Below, piece after piece: positions 36,864 to 46,165 of a DNA stretch of 46,894 bases (position 1 is the stretch's first letter; the number at the start of each line of letters is the position of its first letter). A program made the translations under genes and the position numbers. The notes under the pieces are model-generated. The model was not told the origin of the DNA. It worked only from the letters and a program-made list of their open reading frames with translations, and searched no databases. The stretch is from a virus. Lineage: Duplodnaviria; Caudoviricetes. The stretch is from IMG/VR virus record IMGVR_UViG_3300018079_000016, positions 1 to 46,894 of that record; one strand, given 5' to 3'.

Positions 36864-37038
36864 GGGGCTATACAAGTTGAGGTTTACTCGGTCTGTATAG
36901 CCCCCTATCACTGAATAGTTCTTATGGCCCCCATTCCCACTAATATGACTGTCTATATAGGTCAGTCAATTAACACACCCACTGGCATTTAAGTATCAGT
37001 GTGTTACGTGAGGGAGTATTTTTCCAAGCCATTCAGCG
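36864..37038 (-). ncRNA. Putative structured RNA / leader upstream of the cold-shock gene
   Basis: Several nested stems plus an 11-bp hairpin; G-U pairs favour the minus strand. Confidence 0.5.
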
Positions 37039-37055
37039 AATGTTGGTATTACTAG

Positions 37056-37190
37056 TTATTCGTCTGATTCTTCGGGGACAACTTCATCAGCGTCCTCGTC
37101 GATATCAGCACCTTCAAGAGTCTCTGCTGACTTGGATTCGGCGTCCATGTCAGTTACATCTTCCTTCTCGTTCTCTTCCTGCAAGTCCAT
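37056..37190 (-). CDS. Highly acidic 44-aa peptide (not in ORF track)
   Basis: SD AGGAG; MDLQEENEKEDVTDMDAESKSAETLEGADIDEDADEVVPEESDE. Confidence 0.7.
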   Translation of the reverse strand: MDLQEENEKEDVTDMDAESKSAETLEGADIDEDADEVVPEESDE

Positions 37191-37236
37191 TAGTGACTCC
37201 TTGTTTGAGGACTATTCCTCTGTAATTCAGAACTAG

Positions 37237-37647
37237 TTAAACCGCAGTAGGAAGTGGCTTTGCTTCCCGATATTTGTGGTTTACTCTGTTGTTGATGCGC
37301 CCCTGATACTCTCCATTTTCAACAAAGATATCCAACTCTTTGCCTGAAGCAGCTTTCAAATCAAACCTCATTCCGGGTTTGACTTCAACACCGAATGCTG
37401 CTAGGAAACCAACAGCAAAACCAATGGCCTTGCTATTGAAAAGCCAATCGAGAGGAACTCCCTCGAAAATCTTGTCCCCATTGTCAGCATTGAAAAGGAT
37501 AGTTCCCTCTACAGGATAGTTCGTGGATGGTCCCTTTTCCGTTTTGGTAGGAACTTCCCCCACATTCTCAACTCTGACCCTATACCACGCGGGGTCGACA
37601 ACTTTACCCCTTAGTATATCTCGCTGAGAAAACTCAATTACAGGCAT
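37237..37647 (-). CDS. Single-stranded DNA-binding protein (DUF669-like OB fold)
   Basis: VDPAWYRVRVENV...EYQGRINNRV; follows Sak4-like ATPase; SD AGGAG. Confidence 0.7.
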   Translation of the reverse strand: MPVIEFSQRDILRGKVVDPAWYRVRVENVGEVPTKTEKGPSTNYPVEGTILFNADNGDKIFEGVPLDWLFNSKAIGFAVGFLAAFGVEVKPGMRFDLKAASGKELDIFVENGEYQGRINNRVNHKYREAKPLPTAV

Positions 37648-37662
37648 GTTTACTCCTAATTG

Positions 37663-38529
37663 TTACTTGGTTGCAGTGAAACCTGCTGATGATGCACTAG
37701 CAGGGGTGATTATTCCTGATGGTTTATCAGGAATAGATACGATAGTTGATGGCATCTCTCTCAGTCTTTTCTGAGCAGGTGCAATCCATCTATCGTAAAG
37801 GGGTTCATCGTGGAATACAATCTTGCGTTCCAGTGGAAGTGAAGTTCTAGCGTAATCATTCCCCGTGAATTGGGTGAATAAGGCGAACTTACTATCACTC
37901 TGGTCATCCGCATTGAATCCAGTATCCACATTGAAATGATAAACTTCCGTCATATAGCAGGAAATCTTACCAGCAATCTTGTCTCCACCCGTAATGATTA
38001 CGCGTGAATGATGTGTGAGTTTATTGGTTGTGTCATCTTTACGTTGCCCAACTACATGAGCAATTAGAATGACATGAACCTTGTGATACTTATGAATGTC
38101 CTTGAGTGCGGCTATGAGAGTTTGAAATGCTGCCGACTCAGCGTTGTATTCCTCAAGTCCATCTACTGAGATATTACCGATTTTCTTTCCACCACCTGAT
38201 TGTGCTTTAACAGCACGAGTTTCACGATTGATGTTATCCGCAAAGCTCGTTATACTATCAACAATGATTGTTTTGTAGGGGCATTGAACCTTAAACTGGT
38301 CTAGTTTAGCTTCTGGCTTAGACCAATCTTTATAGTCGTCGAAAGTAATGTCAGATGGTTTAATTCCCCATCTTTTCATTGGAAGAGTAAGTGCTTCCAT
38401 TTTGTGGTCTGTCGATATCCAATATTGAGGCTTAGGATATGACAGAGCACAAGTAGACTTGCGAGTTCCGGGTTCGCCCTTCAACATTGTAAAGAGGCTA
38501 CTATTATCAAGTGATTCCATTGTTGGCAT
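37663..38529 (-). CDS. AAA_24 / Sak4-like recombination ATPase
   Basis: Walker A GEPGTRKS; Walker B TIIVDS; VILIAH. Confidence 0.82.
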   Translation of the reverse strand: MPTMESLDNSSLFTMLKGEPGTRKSTCALSYPKPQYWISTDHKMEALTLPMKRWGIKPSDITFDDYKDWSKPEAKLDQFKVQCPYKTIIVDSITSFADNINRETRAVKAQSGGGKKIGNISVDGLEEYNAESAAFQTLIAALKDIHKYHKVHVILIAHVVGQRKDDTTNKLTHHSRVIITGGDKIAGKISCYMTEVYHFNVDTGFNADDQSDSKFALFTQFTGNDYARTSLPLERKIVFHDEPLYDRWIAPAQKRLREMPSTIVSIPDKPSGIITPASASSAGFTATK

Positions 38530-38668
38530 TATTTACCTGAAGCCTTTCTAAGAACCAAGATAGGGTTCTCATTTTCTGGTTGAGTAACCACTCGTCACAA
38601 CATTCCTGACTACAGAAATTGGATTCAGGATGTGCTAATTTATTCATGCAGTTCTTACAAACAGTCAT
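38507..38668 (-). CDS. Small FCS-type zinc-finger protein (53 aa, not in ORF track)
   Basis: CKNC...FCSQEC; SD AAGGAG. Confidence 0.55.
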   Translation of the reverse strand: MTVCKNCMNKLAHPESNFCSQECCDEWLLNQKMRTLSWFLERLQVNNANNGIT

Positions 38669-38755
38669 ACTTAATCCACTCCTTCTTCACACGAATATGT
38701 TCATCGTGTCTATAGTAGCGAATCCATCGATACAAGAATCGAAAGAATCTCCTTA

Positions 38756-38938
38756 TCATTTCTTTTCCTCAAACATCACAGTTTTGACTACTCGAACAAT
38801 GCGATAAGGATATCTAGCTCCAGATGATTTCCGGATATAATCTAGTGCATCCTTATAGTATTGTTCTGATTTAATAATTATCCAAGTCTTGCCGAACTGT
38901 GCTTGGATTTGAAACTTCTTGCTTAATGTCTCATTCAT
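38756..38938 (-). CDS. Hypothetical protein
   Basis: ATGA overlap. Confidence 0.55.
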   Translation of the reverse strand: MNETLSKKFQIQAQFGKTWIIIKSEQYYKDALDYIRKSSGARYPYRIVRVVKTVMFEEKK

Positions 38939-39099
38939 TTTGGTATATTGTTGACCATATCCTTTAGTTCCACAATATATCGTCTTACATGCTGTGTTTC
39001 TGCATGTTCGTTGTGAACTAAAATATTCCGAATGAATTTGGCTTGGTCAATAATGCCATTCAATCTGTCTACTAGTTGGAGAAACTCTTGTTTATCCAT
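38935..39099 (-). CDS. Hypothetical protein (start revised to ATG 39099)
   Basis: MDKQEFLQ...; upstream space is occupied by a small basic ORF at 39092-39235. Confidence 0.5.
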   Translation of the reverse strand: MDKQEFLQLVDRLNGIIDQAKFIRNILVHNEHAETQHVRRYIVELKDMVNNIPK

Positions 39100-39237
39100 T
39101 TCTATTTCTTTTCCTAGCATTCTTCTGAGACTTGTTCTTTTTATCCCTCTTTCTTCTATAGTGCTTGATAGAAGAAAAAGTCTCCCATTTACCATCTCCA
39201 AGAAGCGTAGGAACTTTCTTTCTGCCAATTGACATAA

Positions 39238-40245
39238 TTAGTCCTCGTCGTTAGTAATGTCCCAAGATGGCCCAACTATAAAGTTGAGCTTCAATTCTTC
39301 TTCTCTCATGGATGGGTCAGCTTCACATACTCCAAGGAAAGCACAGTTACCATACTTTCCTTCGCAGTGTGTAAAGTTACGTGGAAAGTGCTCTGTTTCT
39401 GCATACATGAGAAGGAGTTTAGCATAGTATGGCAGAATCTCAGATTGCCATTCAATGAGGCGCGGGGCAGAATAATTAACAGGTGGCCTAATAAACTTCT
39501 CCTCTGGTTTGAGAGAAGTTTGCCATCCAATCTTGTTAATGAATACCTTACGGGTTTTCATCAAGATACATTGACCAATGAACTGATTGTTCATTGATAC
39601 TGTATCCCTGCGCTGTTTCATTGTCTTGGTATCTATTGGAAAGATACCTTGATTCGTATCAGCAGTAAGGTCAAACTTTGCCTTCCACATGATACGAATC
39701 TCATCATCTTCATACAAGATTTCCCCTTTAGTTACCTCTACTTCGAGAGGCACCCAATGGTCATTCTTGTAATGATTGAAGTATTGTTCCATTGTCTCCA
39801 ATACCCACTTCCAACCTGTGCGTGAGGGAGTAGTAGTGGATTCAACAGGTGTATTTCTTACACCAGGATATTCATCTCTTTGGTGTCCACATGGTGGTTT
39901 AGGAAACTCTGTAGATGGCTTGAAATCTGAACAGTATTGACAGCCACGAATATACATTTCACCGGCTGCCATACCGTTTTGAATTGCAAGAGGACGATTG
40001 AATCCTGCAATTATGTTCTTATGGTAAACTTCTAATACCTTGTGGGCAATAGAGCCACACTCTAGAGAGTTAGATTTACCATGAATTGACATGAAGTTGT
40101 GATTGAACCGATAATCAGAAAGACATGGACAGGACATAAGAGATGTGAGAATGGTTCCATCCAAAATCACATTCTTCTTTCCGCCTAATGTTATATCAAC
40201 AACTTCGTTGATATTAGTCTCACTGATTGTTTGTTCGTCAGTCAT
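39238..40245 (-). CDS. PD-(D/E)XK (Cas4/RecB-like) exonuclease
   Basis: SCP...G...H, EVE, KFD, IDTKT, Q motif, C-terminal Cys cluster; SD AAGGA before ATG 40245. Confidence 0.82.
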   Translation of the reverse strand: MTDEQTISETNINEVVDITLGGKKNVILDGTILTSLMSCPCLSDYRFNHNFMSIHGKSNSLECGSIAHKVLEVYHKNIIAGFNRPLAIQNGMAAGEMYIRGCQYCSDFKPSTEFPKPPCGHQRDEYPGVRNTPVESTTTPSRTGWKWVLETMEQYFNHYKNDHWVPLEVEVTKGEILYEDDEIRIMWKAKFDLTADTNQGIFPIDTKTMKQRRDTVSMNNQFIGQCILMKTRKVFINKIGWQTSLKPEEKFIRPPVNYSAPRLIEWQSEILPYYAKLLLMYAETEHFPRNFTHCEGKYGNCAFLGVCEADPSMREEELKLNFIVGPSWDITNDED

Positions 40246-40490
40246 TTCTTTTCCTTCTTTACATGGCATAAGTCGTATGATTTACTGGTAACAACAATAG
40301 CAGGAGCATCAAGCTCACACAAATCTAATGTCATACCAGAGTAATCCCCACCAGTAGGAATGGTGAATAAAACTTTTGTTTCCTTGTTTATCTTGACTCT
40401 GTGACTTCCTTTCAACAGTCTCAAGATATCTTTTCCAGTAAGAGTAGTTCGTGTGTGTTGAACATATTCAGTCTTTGTTTTAGTTCGCAT
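40242..40490 (-). CDS. Hypothetical protein
   Basis: SD GAGGA; PTGGDYSG motif. Confidence 0.65.
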   Translation of the reverse strand: MRTKTKTEYVQHTRTTLTGKDILRLLKGSHRVKINKETKVLFTIPTGGDYSGMTLDLCELDAPAIVVTSKSYDLCHVKKEKK

Positions 40491-40510
40491 AGTCTATCCT
40501 CTATCAGAAG

Positions 40511-40750
40511 TTACTGTTTCTGCTTTGGAACCACAACTAAGTGATTCTCTTCTGTATTAACAAGGAAATATTCTCCTGATGGTATTTCGGTTCCATCATC
40601 ATAGAACAATTGAGGAGCAGATACTTTACCATCATCGCGATAAATTATCCATCCAGTGCCGATACATTTAAGCTGAATGGAATCGTGTTTTTCATATACG
40701 AGAATTTTGTGAAGTATCGCGCTGTTCTGTTTTGTCATTGTCGTTAACAT
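40511..40750 (-). CDS. Hypothetical protein (start uncertain)
   Basis: In operon. Confidence 0.5.
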   Translation of the reverse strand: MLTTMTKQNSAILHKILVYEKHDSIQLKCIGTGWIIYRDDGKVSAPQLFYDDGTEIPSGEYFLVNTEENHLVVVPKQKQ

Positions 40751-40991
40751 ATAGTTTAGTTCCTTTTGGGAAATAGATAGACTTTAGTCTATAATCCATT
40801 TGAGGGAGTATAAACTCAAGTTCAACTATTTCACCTGACGATACTAGTTCAGCCAATTGGAAGATGTAATCTTTGTTATCAAACCAAGGACTAACAAGTC
40901 CCATACAATCGAGAACCAAATCCACACCATTAATACCATTACGAGTATTAACGGCTGTGAGAATTGCTTCTCTTAGAGAAAATTTAGTCAT
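40692..40991 (-). CDS. Hypothetical protein, possible winged helix
   Basis: SD GAGGG; LAELVSSGEIVEL. Confidence 0.6.
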   Translation of the reverse strand: MTKFSLREAILTAVNTRNGINGVDLVLDCMGLVSPWFDNKDYIFQLAELVSSGEIVELEFILPQMDYRLKSIYFPKGTKLYVNDNDKTEQRDTSQNSRI

Positions 40992-41166
40992 CTTCCCTCA
41001 TTTCAATGTGAAACCTAAGTCTTGGCATCGTCTCATTCAGATGTAGTTCCATCTGAAAAATCTCCTCAGGTGTAAGTATAGAATCTAGTTCTTGAAGATT
41101 GATATGTGCAACCTTGGATTCACCACTTAATCCCCACTTCTGAATACGCATGATAATCTGTTTCAT
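40984..41166 (-). CDS. Hypothetical protein
   Basis: In operon. Confidence 0.5.
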   Translation of the reverse strand: MKQIIMRIQKWGLSGESKVAHINLQELDSILTPEEIFQMELHLNETMPRLRFHIEMREDD

Positions 41167-41312
41167 ACTTCTTTTTCCTTACTGATAATGATTTCTTCTT
41201 CTACTCTCTTAATCATCATGACTGTTGGATTATAGAGAGCATCAGTCTTACACTTGATTCGGAGCATATTCAATAGCTCTTTAATCCTTGTTAATTCCTG
41301 TGTAGTGAACAT
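41163..41312 (-). CDS. Small hypothetical protein (49 aa, not in ORF track)
   Basis: SD AGGAG; ATGA overlap. Confidence 0.5.
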   Translation of the reverse strand: MFTTQELTRIKELLNMLRIKCKTDALYNPTVMMIKRVEEEIIISKEKEV

Positions 41313-41341
41313 AATTGACTCCTATTGAAAATCTAGTCTAA

Positions 41342-43546
41342 TCATTGAAAAGCAGCCATTCCGGTGATATTGGTTTTAGGTTTTTCTTTACCAGTTAGTG
41401 CTTCCATTTTCTTCATTCGCTCCCTATGCTTAGCAACAATGAGTATAGCTAATTCTTTAGCTATATCATTCTCGTTCCACTTAGGGGCTTCACCTTTATT
41501 CATTACGACGTGGTATTGCATACGCTTTTCTTCAACAATACCATCAAGATGTTCATCAACAGTTCCCTCAGCTTCTGGAACTGTAATGTTTATAACACTA
41601 CTCTCTTGACCAATGCGTCTAAATCTTCCTGGTGCAGCTTGGTCCTCATTCTGAGGATTCCACTGTCTCTCATGCATAATGGTATCAGCACATGTTTGAA
41701 GGTCTAATCCCTCACCACATGCGAGGGTAGATGCTACCATGATACATCGCGGGGTTTTATTGAAATTCTCTTGAATCTCAAATCCTTCAGGTTTACCAGT
41801 ATGTGATGAAGTATACTGGAATACCTTGATGTTTTCTTCCTTGAGTGATGCAGCTAATTCATACCACTCAGGATTAGTAGCTTTATCAGTATTCGTTAAT
41901 GCACGGAACATTAACTGGCCTACGTCCTTATGATGAACGAAAATAACCAGTTTCTTTTCTGTGTCAGCAACAAACTCTTCAACAAAGCCAAGTGTTGCAG
42001 GGATTTTAGCTAAACCAGTGATATGGCGCATTCTAGCCAGCTTAGCTAGAATCTCCATACTATTGATTTGTTCCTCTGTGCCTGATATAACAAACTCGTT
42101 ATACCACTTCACAAAGTCAGATGTAGCTTCATCGTATGATGATTGTTGAAGTTCATCTAATTGAACGTTCAACTTCATACGATTGATATCAGGGAATTCG
42201 TCCATTACTTCATTATACTCTCTACGTATAAGAAGTCCTGAGACAAACTCTCTAAATTTCACTGGATTCCTAATTCCCCCCATCTTTTTCTTGTTGCCGT
42301 GGTAGTAATACTCCACATGCGTATCAAGATAGTGCTGATGGGAATAGAACTTAACAGGGTCCATCATATTCAGGACAGGAAAGAATTCATCTCCGCGATT
42401 CTTCCAAGGTGTTCCACTTAATGGTAGAACCTTAGTAAGTGGGTCATTACTTACTAGTTTTCTAACCTCTTGAGTGCGCGAGGAATCAGGATTCTTAATC
42501 TGCTGACATTCATCTAAGAGTATCAGCTTGATACCAAGTTTGAAGAGTTTTTCGCGTGGGAATCTACGTAGCAAGTCATAAGGAATGATATATGCCTTTA
42601 ATCCGGGCATAATCCAATCCTTACTAGTCCTGATAATCATTGGAAGATAATCAGGCCCTAACCATCTAATGATTTGCTTAAACCACTGATATGTGATGGC
42701 TGATTTGGTTACAACTAGGAAAGGAGTATACTCAAGATGAAACTTGGGAATAGCAAGACCTTGAACAGTCTTACCTAGTCCCATATCATCGAATATACCG
42801 AAACCCTTCTGTTGGCTTAATCCTACTTCCGCAGCCCTTGCGCCTATTATCTGAAAAGGATACAATTTGTATTCTTGACATTTAAGGCACTTATTGACAG
42901 GATGCTTAATCCTCTTACTAGTTTCCCTGTCGGGATAATTATGTTTACAGTTCTTGACTTCTGGTTTCCAGTCATTAGAAACCATAGTCTCGAATGGTGT
43001 TCCTTTCGGTGTTACTTTTTTGAGGATATGGAAGCACTCAAGCGTAATGAGTTTGACAGTATTACCGCCTTTGTCAACATGCTCAAACGCGAATAGTTCC
43101 TTTGCAATCTTGCCACACTCAGGGCATTTATCCTGTAACCGTGTTACGGTATACTTAGGTCTACGTAAAACATGCGTCTCCTCTTCAATGGTCATTTCTA
43201 CTATTTGACCAGAGCGGATAGCATCTATTACGTGTGCAGGTAAATCAAGGTGTGAACATGGTAGCGTTGAGGCTCCTAATTCCTTTGCCTTAGCTTGCCA
43301 TACTTCATTATGACCATTGATAGTCCCAACAATCGCGTGGGCCACATCATGCATGATAGTATCAATTACTTCACTATCAGGATGAATATCAATGTGGAAT
43401 GCATTGAGGATAATCTTCTTATCCTTACTCATGCATATTCCAAGGAATGAATGTTTTGGGTCTGTAGTTGTGCCTACTCCCCAATTTTTCAATCCAAATT
43501 TATCTAACTGTTCTCTACAAAGAGTAGTAGCTTTTATTCTATCCAT
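41342..43546 (-). CDS. SNF2-family helicase with N-terminal SprT-like metalloprotease domain and zinc-binding linker
   Basis: GIC...I.L...DTIMHDVAHA...GHNEVW; CPEC; DDMGLGKT, DECQ, LSGTP, GEGLDL, WNP, RRIGQ. Confidence 0.88.
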   Translation of the reverse strand: MDRIKATTLCREQLDKFGLKNWGVGTTTDPKHSFLGICMSKDKKIILNAFHIDIHPDSEVIDTIMHDVAHAIVGTINGHNEVWQAKAKELGASTLPCSHLDLPAHVIDAIRSGQIVEMTIEEETHVLRRPKYTVTRLQDKCPECGKIAKELFAFEHVDKGGNTVKLITLECFHILKKVTPKGTPFETMVSNDWKPEVKNCKHNYPDRETSKRIKHPVNKCLKCQEYKLYPFQIIGARAAEVGLSQQKGFGIFDDMGLGKTVQGLAIPKFHLEYTPFLVVTKSAITYQWFKQIIRWLGPDYLPMIIRTSKDWIMPGLKAYIIPYDLLRRFPREKLFKLGIKLILLDECQQIKNPDSSRTQEVRKLVSNDPLTKVLPLSGTPWKNRGDEFFPVLNMMDPVKFYSHQHYLDTHVEYYYHGNKKKMGGIRNPVKFREFVSGLLIRREYNEVMDEFPDINRMKLNVQLDELQQSSYDEATSDFVKWYNEFVISGTEEQINSMEILAKLARMRHITGLAKIPATLGFVEEFVADTEKKLVIFVHHKDVGQLMFRALTNTDKATNPEWYELAASLKEENIKVFQYTSSHTGKPEGFEIQENFNKTPRCIMVASTLACGEGLDLQTCADTIMHERQWNPQNEDQAAPGRFRRIGQESSVINITVPEAEGTVDEHLDGIVEEKRMQYHVVMNKGEAPKWNENDIAKELAILIVAKHRERMKKMEALTGKEKPKTNITGMAAFQ

Positions 43547-43706
43547 TATTCTTCTCTTTTTCTTGCCATGATTTATCAGAATGTTTAGGGCAATTACACA
43601 GAAAGCAATGACCTACACCTGCAAGATGTTCGTCTGCTTTATGCCCACACTTACATCTGATACAATACTCGCATTGACACTCAGGTTTAGCTTGTTTCTC
43701 AGTCAT
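43539..43706 (-). CDS. Cys/His-rich 55-aa protein (not in ORF track)
   Basis: 8 Cys and 4 His; SD GGAG. Confidence 0.55.
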   Translation of the reverse strand: MTEKQAKPECQCEYCIRCKCGHKADEHLAGVGHCFLCNCPKHSDKSWQEKEKNNG

Positions 43707-43894
43707 TAGTTCACTCCATTCTTTCTGATTAGTTTATTCAATCCAAGTCAAGTATCCAGCTCTAAGTAATCTATGCGCATAACCTAGTGCTGATTTAAGA
43801 GTCTTATATTTTCTGACTCTTGAAATTCCTCTAGAGTCACAAACATAACCCTTTCGGATATCTTCCTTTGTTAGTTTAATTGCTACGGTAATCA

Positions 43895-44119
43895 TTAGTT
43901 CACCTCATTCCTATTGACTAGTTCAGACAGTTTCTTTAGTGCAATTCGCTGCAATGCTTTCATTGACAAGAATAGAGTTTCATCGTAGCGAAGCCACAAA
44001 TCCTGACAAATTCTTGAGCAGAAGGATTTACCACTGCCCCCTTCTATAGAAGATATCATCGGATTGACTTCGTAAGTTTTGCATGTAATACATACATGCT
44101 TAAAAGATGTGGGTTTCAT
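43895..44119 (-). CDS. FCS-type zinc-finger protein
   Basis: CITC...FCSRIC; SD AAGGAG. Confidence 0.65.
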   Translation of the reverse strand: MKPTSFKHVCITCKTYEVNPMISSIEGGSGKSFCSRICQDLWLRYDETLFLSMKALQRIALKKLSELVNRNEVN

Positions 44120-44303
44120 TTATTTCTCCTTTTTATTTCGTTCTCTACAGCTTTCAGAAAATTTACTTCAATTTCTGGAAGTAAATTACTTTGAGGCCGG
44201 AGAATGTTAGCAGTCTTGATTAACGAATCAAGTTTGACATTTTGGACGTTTTCAATTAATTTCTGAATTTCAGCTTCCGTTATCATTTTTCTCATTAGTT
44301 ACC

Positions 44304-44465
44304 TCATTGAAACTCAATAATTGTTCCCTGTGGATTCTTTACAGTTCCCTTCAAATATTCATACTCATATCCTTTGGAATGAGTATAATGAACAGTTAAC
44401 TTACCTTCAAATATTGCTACTTGAATCCAGTGTGGTAATGGGTTAATCCAACCTAGTAATTGCAT
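44304..44465 (-). CDS. Hypothetical protein (start revised to ATG 44465)
   Basis: SD GAGGT before MQLLGW. Confidence 0.45.
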   Translation of the reverse strand: MQLLGWINPLPHWIQVAIFEGKLTVHYTHSKGYEYEYLKGTVKNPQGTIIEFQ

Positions 44466-44769
44466 TACTGTTACCTCATATAAGAAATAGTGAAAGTGAT
44501 TATGGCACCAAATATAGCGCCACAAACAAAACAAATAGTTGCCAATCTTTCTAGTGTCATACTATCCGTTACCTTGGATATTCTCTTATTTCAGTTTGGA
44601 TTTTGTTAATACTAGCTATGGGATAAAACTTTATATTTCTATCCATATAGATGACTTTAAGGCAGTTATCGGGTGTGTTTTCCAATTTGTCTAAGTATCC
44701 TCCATCAACGATTCCATTCACTTCTAGTTTCAGAAAAATAGTTTTCATTGTAATTCTCCTTTATCCACT

Positions 44770-45651
44770 CTATTCTATTTCCTCAATTACTTCTGACATA
44801 TCGACAGTATCTTCATTGTCAGGAGTAGGAACAGGGGGTAATGACTCAGATATACTCTCTTTCAGATTCTTTCTGAGTATATCCGCTGCCTTTTCAACTG
44901 TAATACCTTTCGATACTACAATCATCTGAAGTGTAAACTCTGACACTCCCAATTCGGCAGCATACTTACGAAGTTCCACCTTATCAAGTTTCGCCTTTGC
45001 TGTTTTAATAGCGCGTGGCTTAACAGGCTTAACTTCTTTTGGCTTATAGTTCAAATCCTGAATCTTGAGCTTTTCCCTTTCTTCTGCTCTTAACTTATTA
45101 GCTAATTGATTCAGGTATACTTGAATGGCCTTCATAGTATTTGTGGCATTAACGATAGTTTCATTCGCCTCAAATACTATAGATTTGTGATGTTCAAATC
45201 TGCCCATTAACGTTTCAGCTAATGAGAAATTTTTATTGATTATGGATGGATTGTTGTCGATTATCTGCTTAAGTTCAATGATTGAAACCGTTTCAGCATT
45301 GAATAGGTCGGTGCGAACCTGAACAGCATTATCAATAGCTTTCGCTTTTTCTAATGCTAGATTCATTGCGTCTACTCTAGCCTGTTGATTCTCAGGCTTT
45401 TGTAGTTCAGTTTGTGCTATCAGTTCTTTCGCGTGGCATGAGACACACATTCTCATATTACCACCAAAAACCTTGATACTTCTCTCAGCTACCTTATTAG
45501 GGCAGCATTCACATTCTGCTATCTTTCCCTTGAGATTCTGAGCATAGCAGAATGAACACAGTAGTTTAGTGCTAGAATCACCTGCGAATGGTATCAGGGT
45601 ATCTGCTACTAAACAATCTGCACATTTCATTGGCACTACAGTTGTAATCAT
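44770..45651 (-). CDS. Zinc-finger / coiled-coil / HTH-like protein, possible regulator
   Basis: Four CxxC-like pairs at N-terminus; LRKYAAELGVSEFTL; SD AAGGA. Confidence 0.75.
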   Translation of the reverse strand: MITTVVPMKCADCLVADTLIPFAGDSSTKLLCSFCYAQNLKGKIAECECCPNKVAERSIKVFGGNMRMCVSCHAKELIAQTELQKPENQQARVDAMNLALEKAKAIDNAVQVRTDLFNAETVSIIELKQIIDNNPSIINKNFSLAETLMGRFEHHKSIVFEANETIVNATNTMKAIQVYLNQLANKLRAEEREKLKIQDLNYKPKEVKPVKPRAIKTAKAKLDKVELRKYAAELGVSEFTLQMIVVSKGITVEKAADILRKNLKESISESLPPVPTPDNEDTVDMSEVIEEIE

Positions 45652-46165
45652 TGAAATTTCCTTAGTTAACAGTAGGAACTAATTTTTCTAGTTCCTTTAC
45701 TATTTGAGTTACTAATATTTTGGTCGTTTTATCTGGCGTAGTCCGGGCCAGTTTCCGCCCTAACTCTAGTAACTCTCTAATATTATTGTCAATCACTTGA
45801 CACTCCCTAATCGGGATTAACTGCAAGTATGATGCCGTTGACAAAACCACATTATATTGTATGACACAATTTGTCACCCCTAGGGATGGTATAGGACAAT
45901 GTGTCAATTCGGCAAAAAGCCACACTTATATTGGTGATTATGACACAGCGAACAAAAGGCGAAAGTCAACATTATTGAGTCTATACTTATTAGTAATAGA
46001 ACCTGTTTGTTATATGTTGGTCTATCACTGCATAAATAGGTTTCTCATCTGATTTGTAGTGAGGAATAGTTAAGACCTTATGTCCATCTTGTTCAAGGTC
46101 TACAACTAATGATTCTAAGTCTTCACGCTTAATGTGAATAGGATTATAAGTTAATACAATTAACA

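Noticed and set aside
36830-37055. tRNA or known self-cleaving ribozyme in this gap or at 46445-46690
   Set aside because: No cloverleaf with a T-loop, and no hammerhead CUGANGA/GAAA or twister core seen
37001-37225. + strand 74-aa ORF
   Set aside because: Antisense shadow of the acidic peptide, which has a strong SD and matches operon direction
37663-38529. AAA ATPase as the sigma54 activator
   Set aside because: No GAFTGA loop, and its motifs fit AAA_24/Sak4; the C-terminal AGFTAT is in a disordered tail
39238-40245. Cas4-like nuclease as evidence of a CRISPR system
   Set aside because: No repeat-spacer array or other cas genes; context with Sak4-like ATPase and SSB indicates a recombination exonuclease
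45662-45990. 87-aa ORF at its listed start, and promoters or operators at 45838-45969 (TGACA-N5-TGTCA at 45862-45876)
   Set aside because: Start codon unsupported and -35/-10 spacings are off; the palindrome is a single copy, too weak to call
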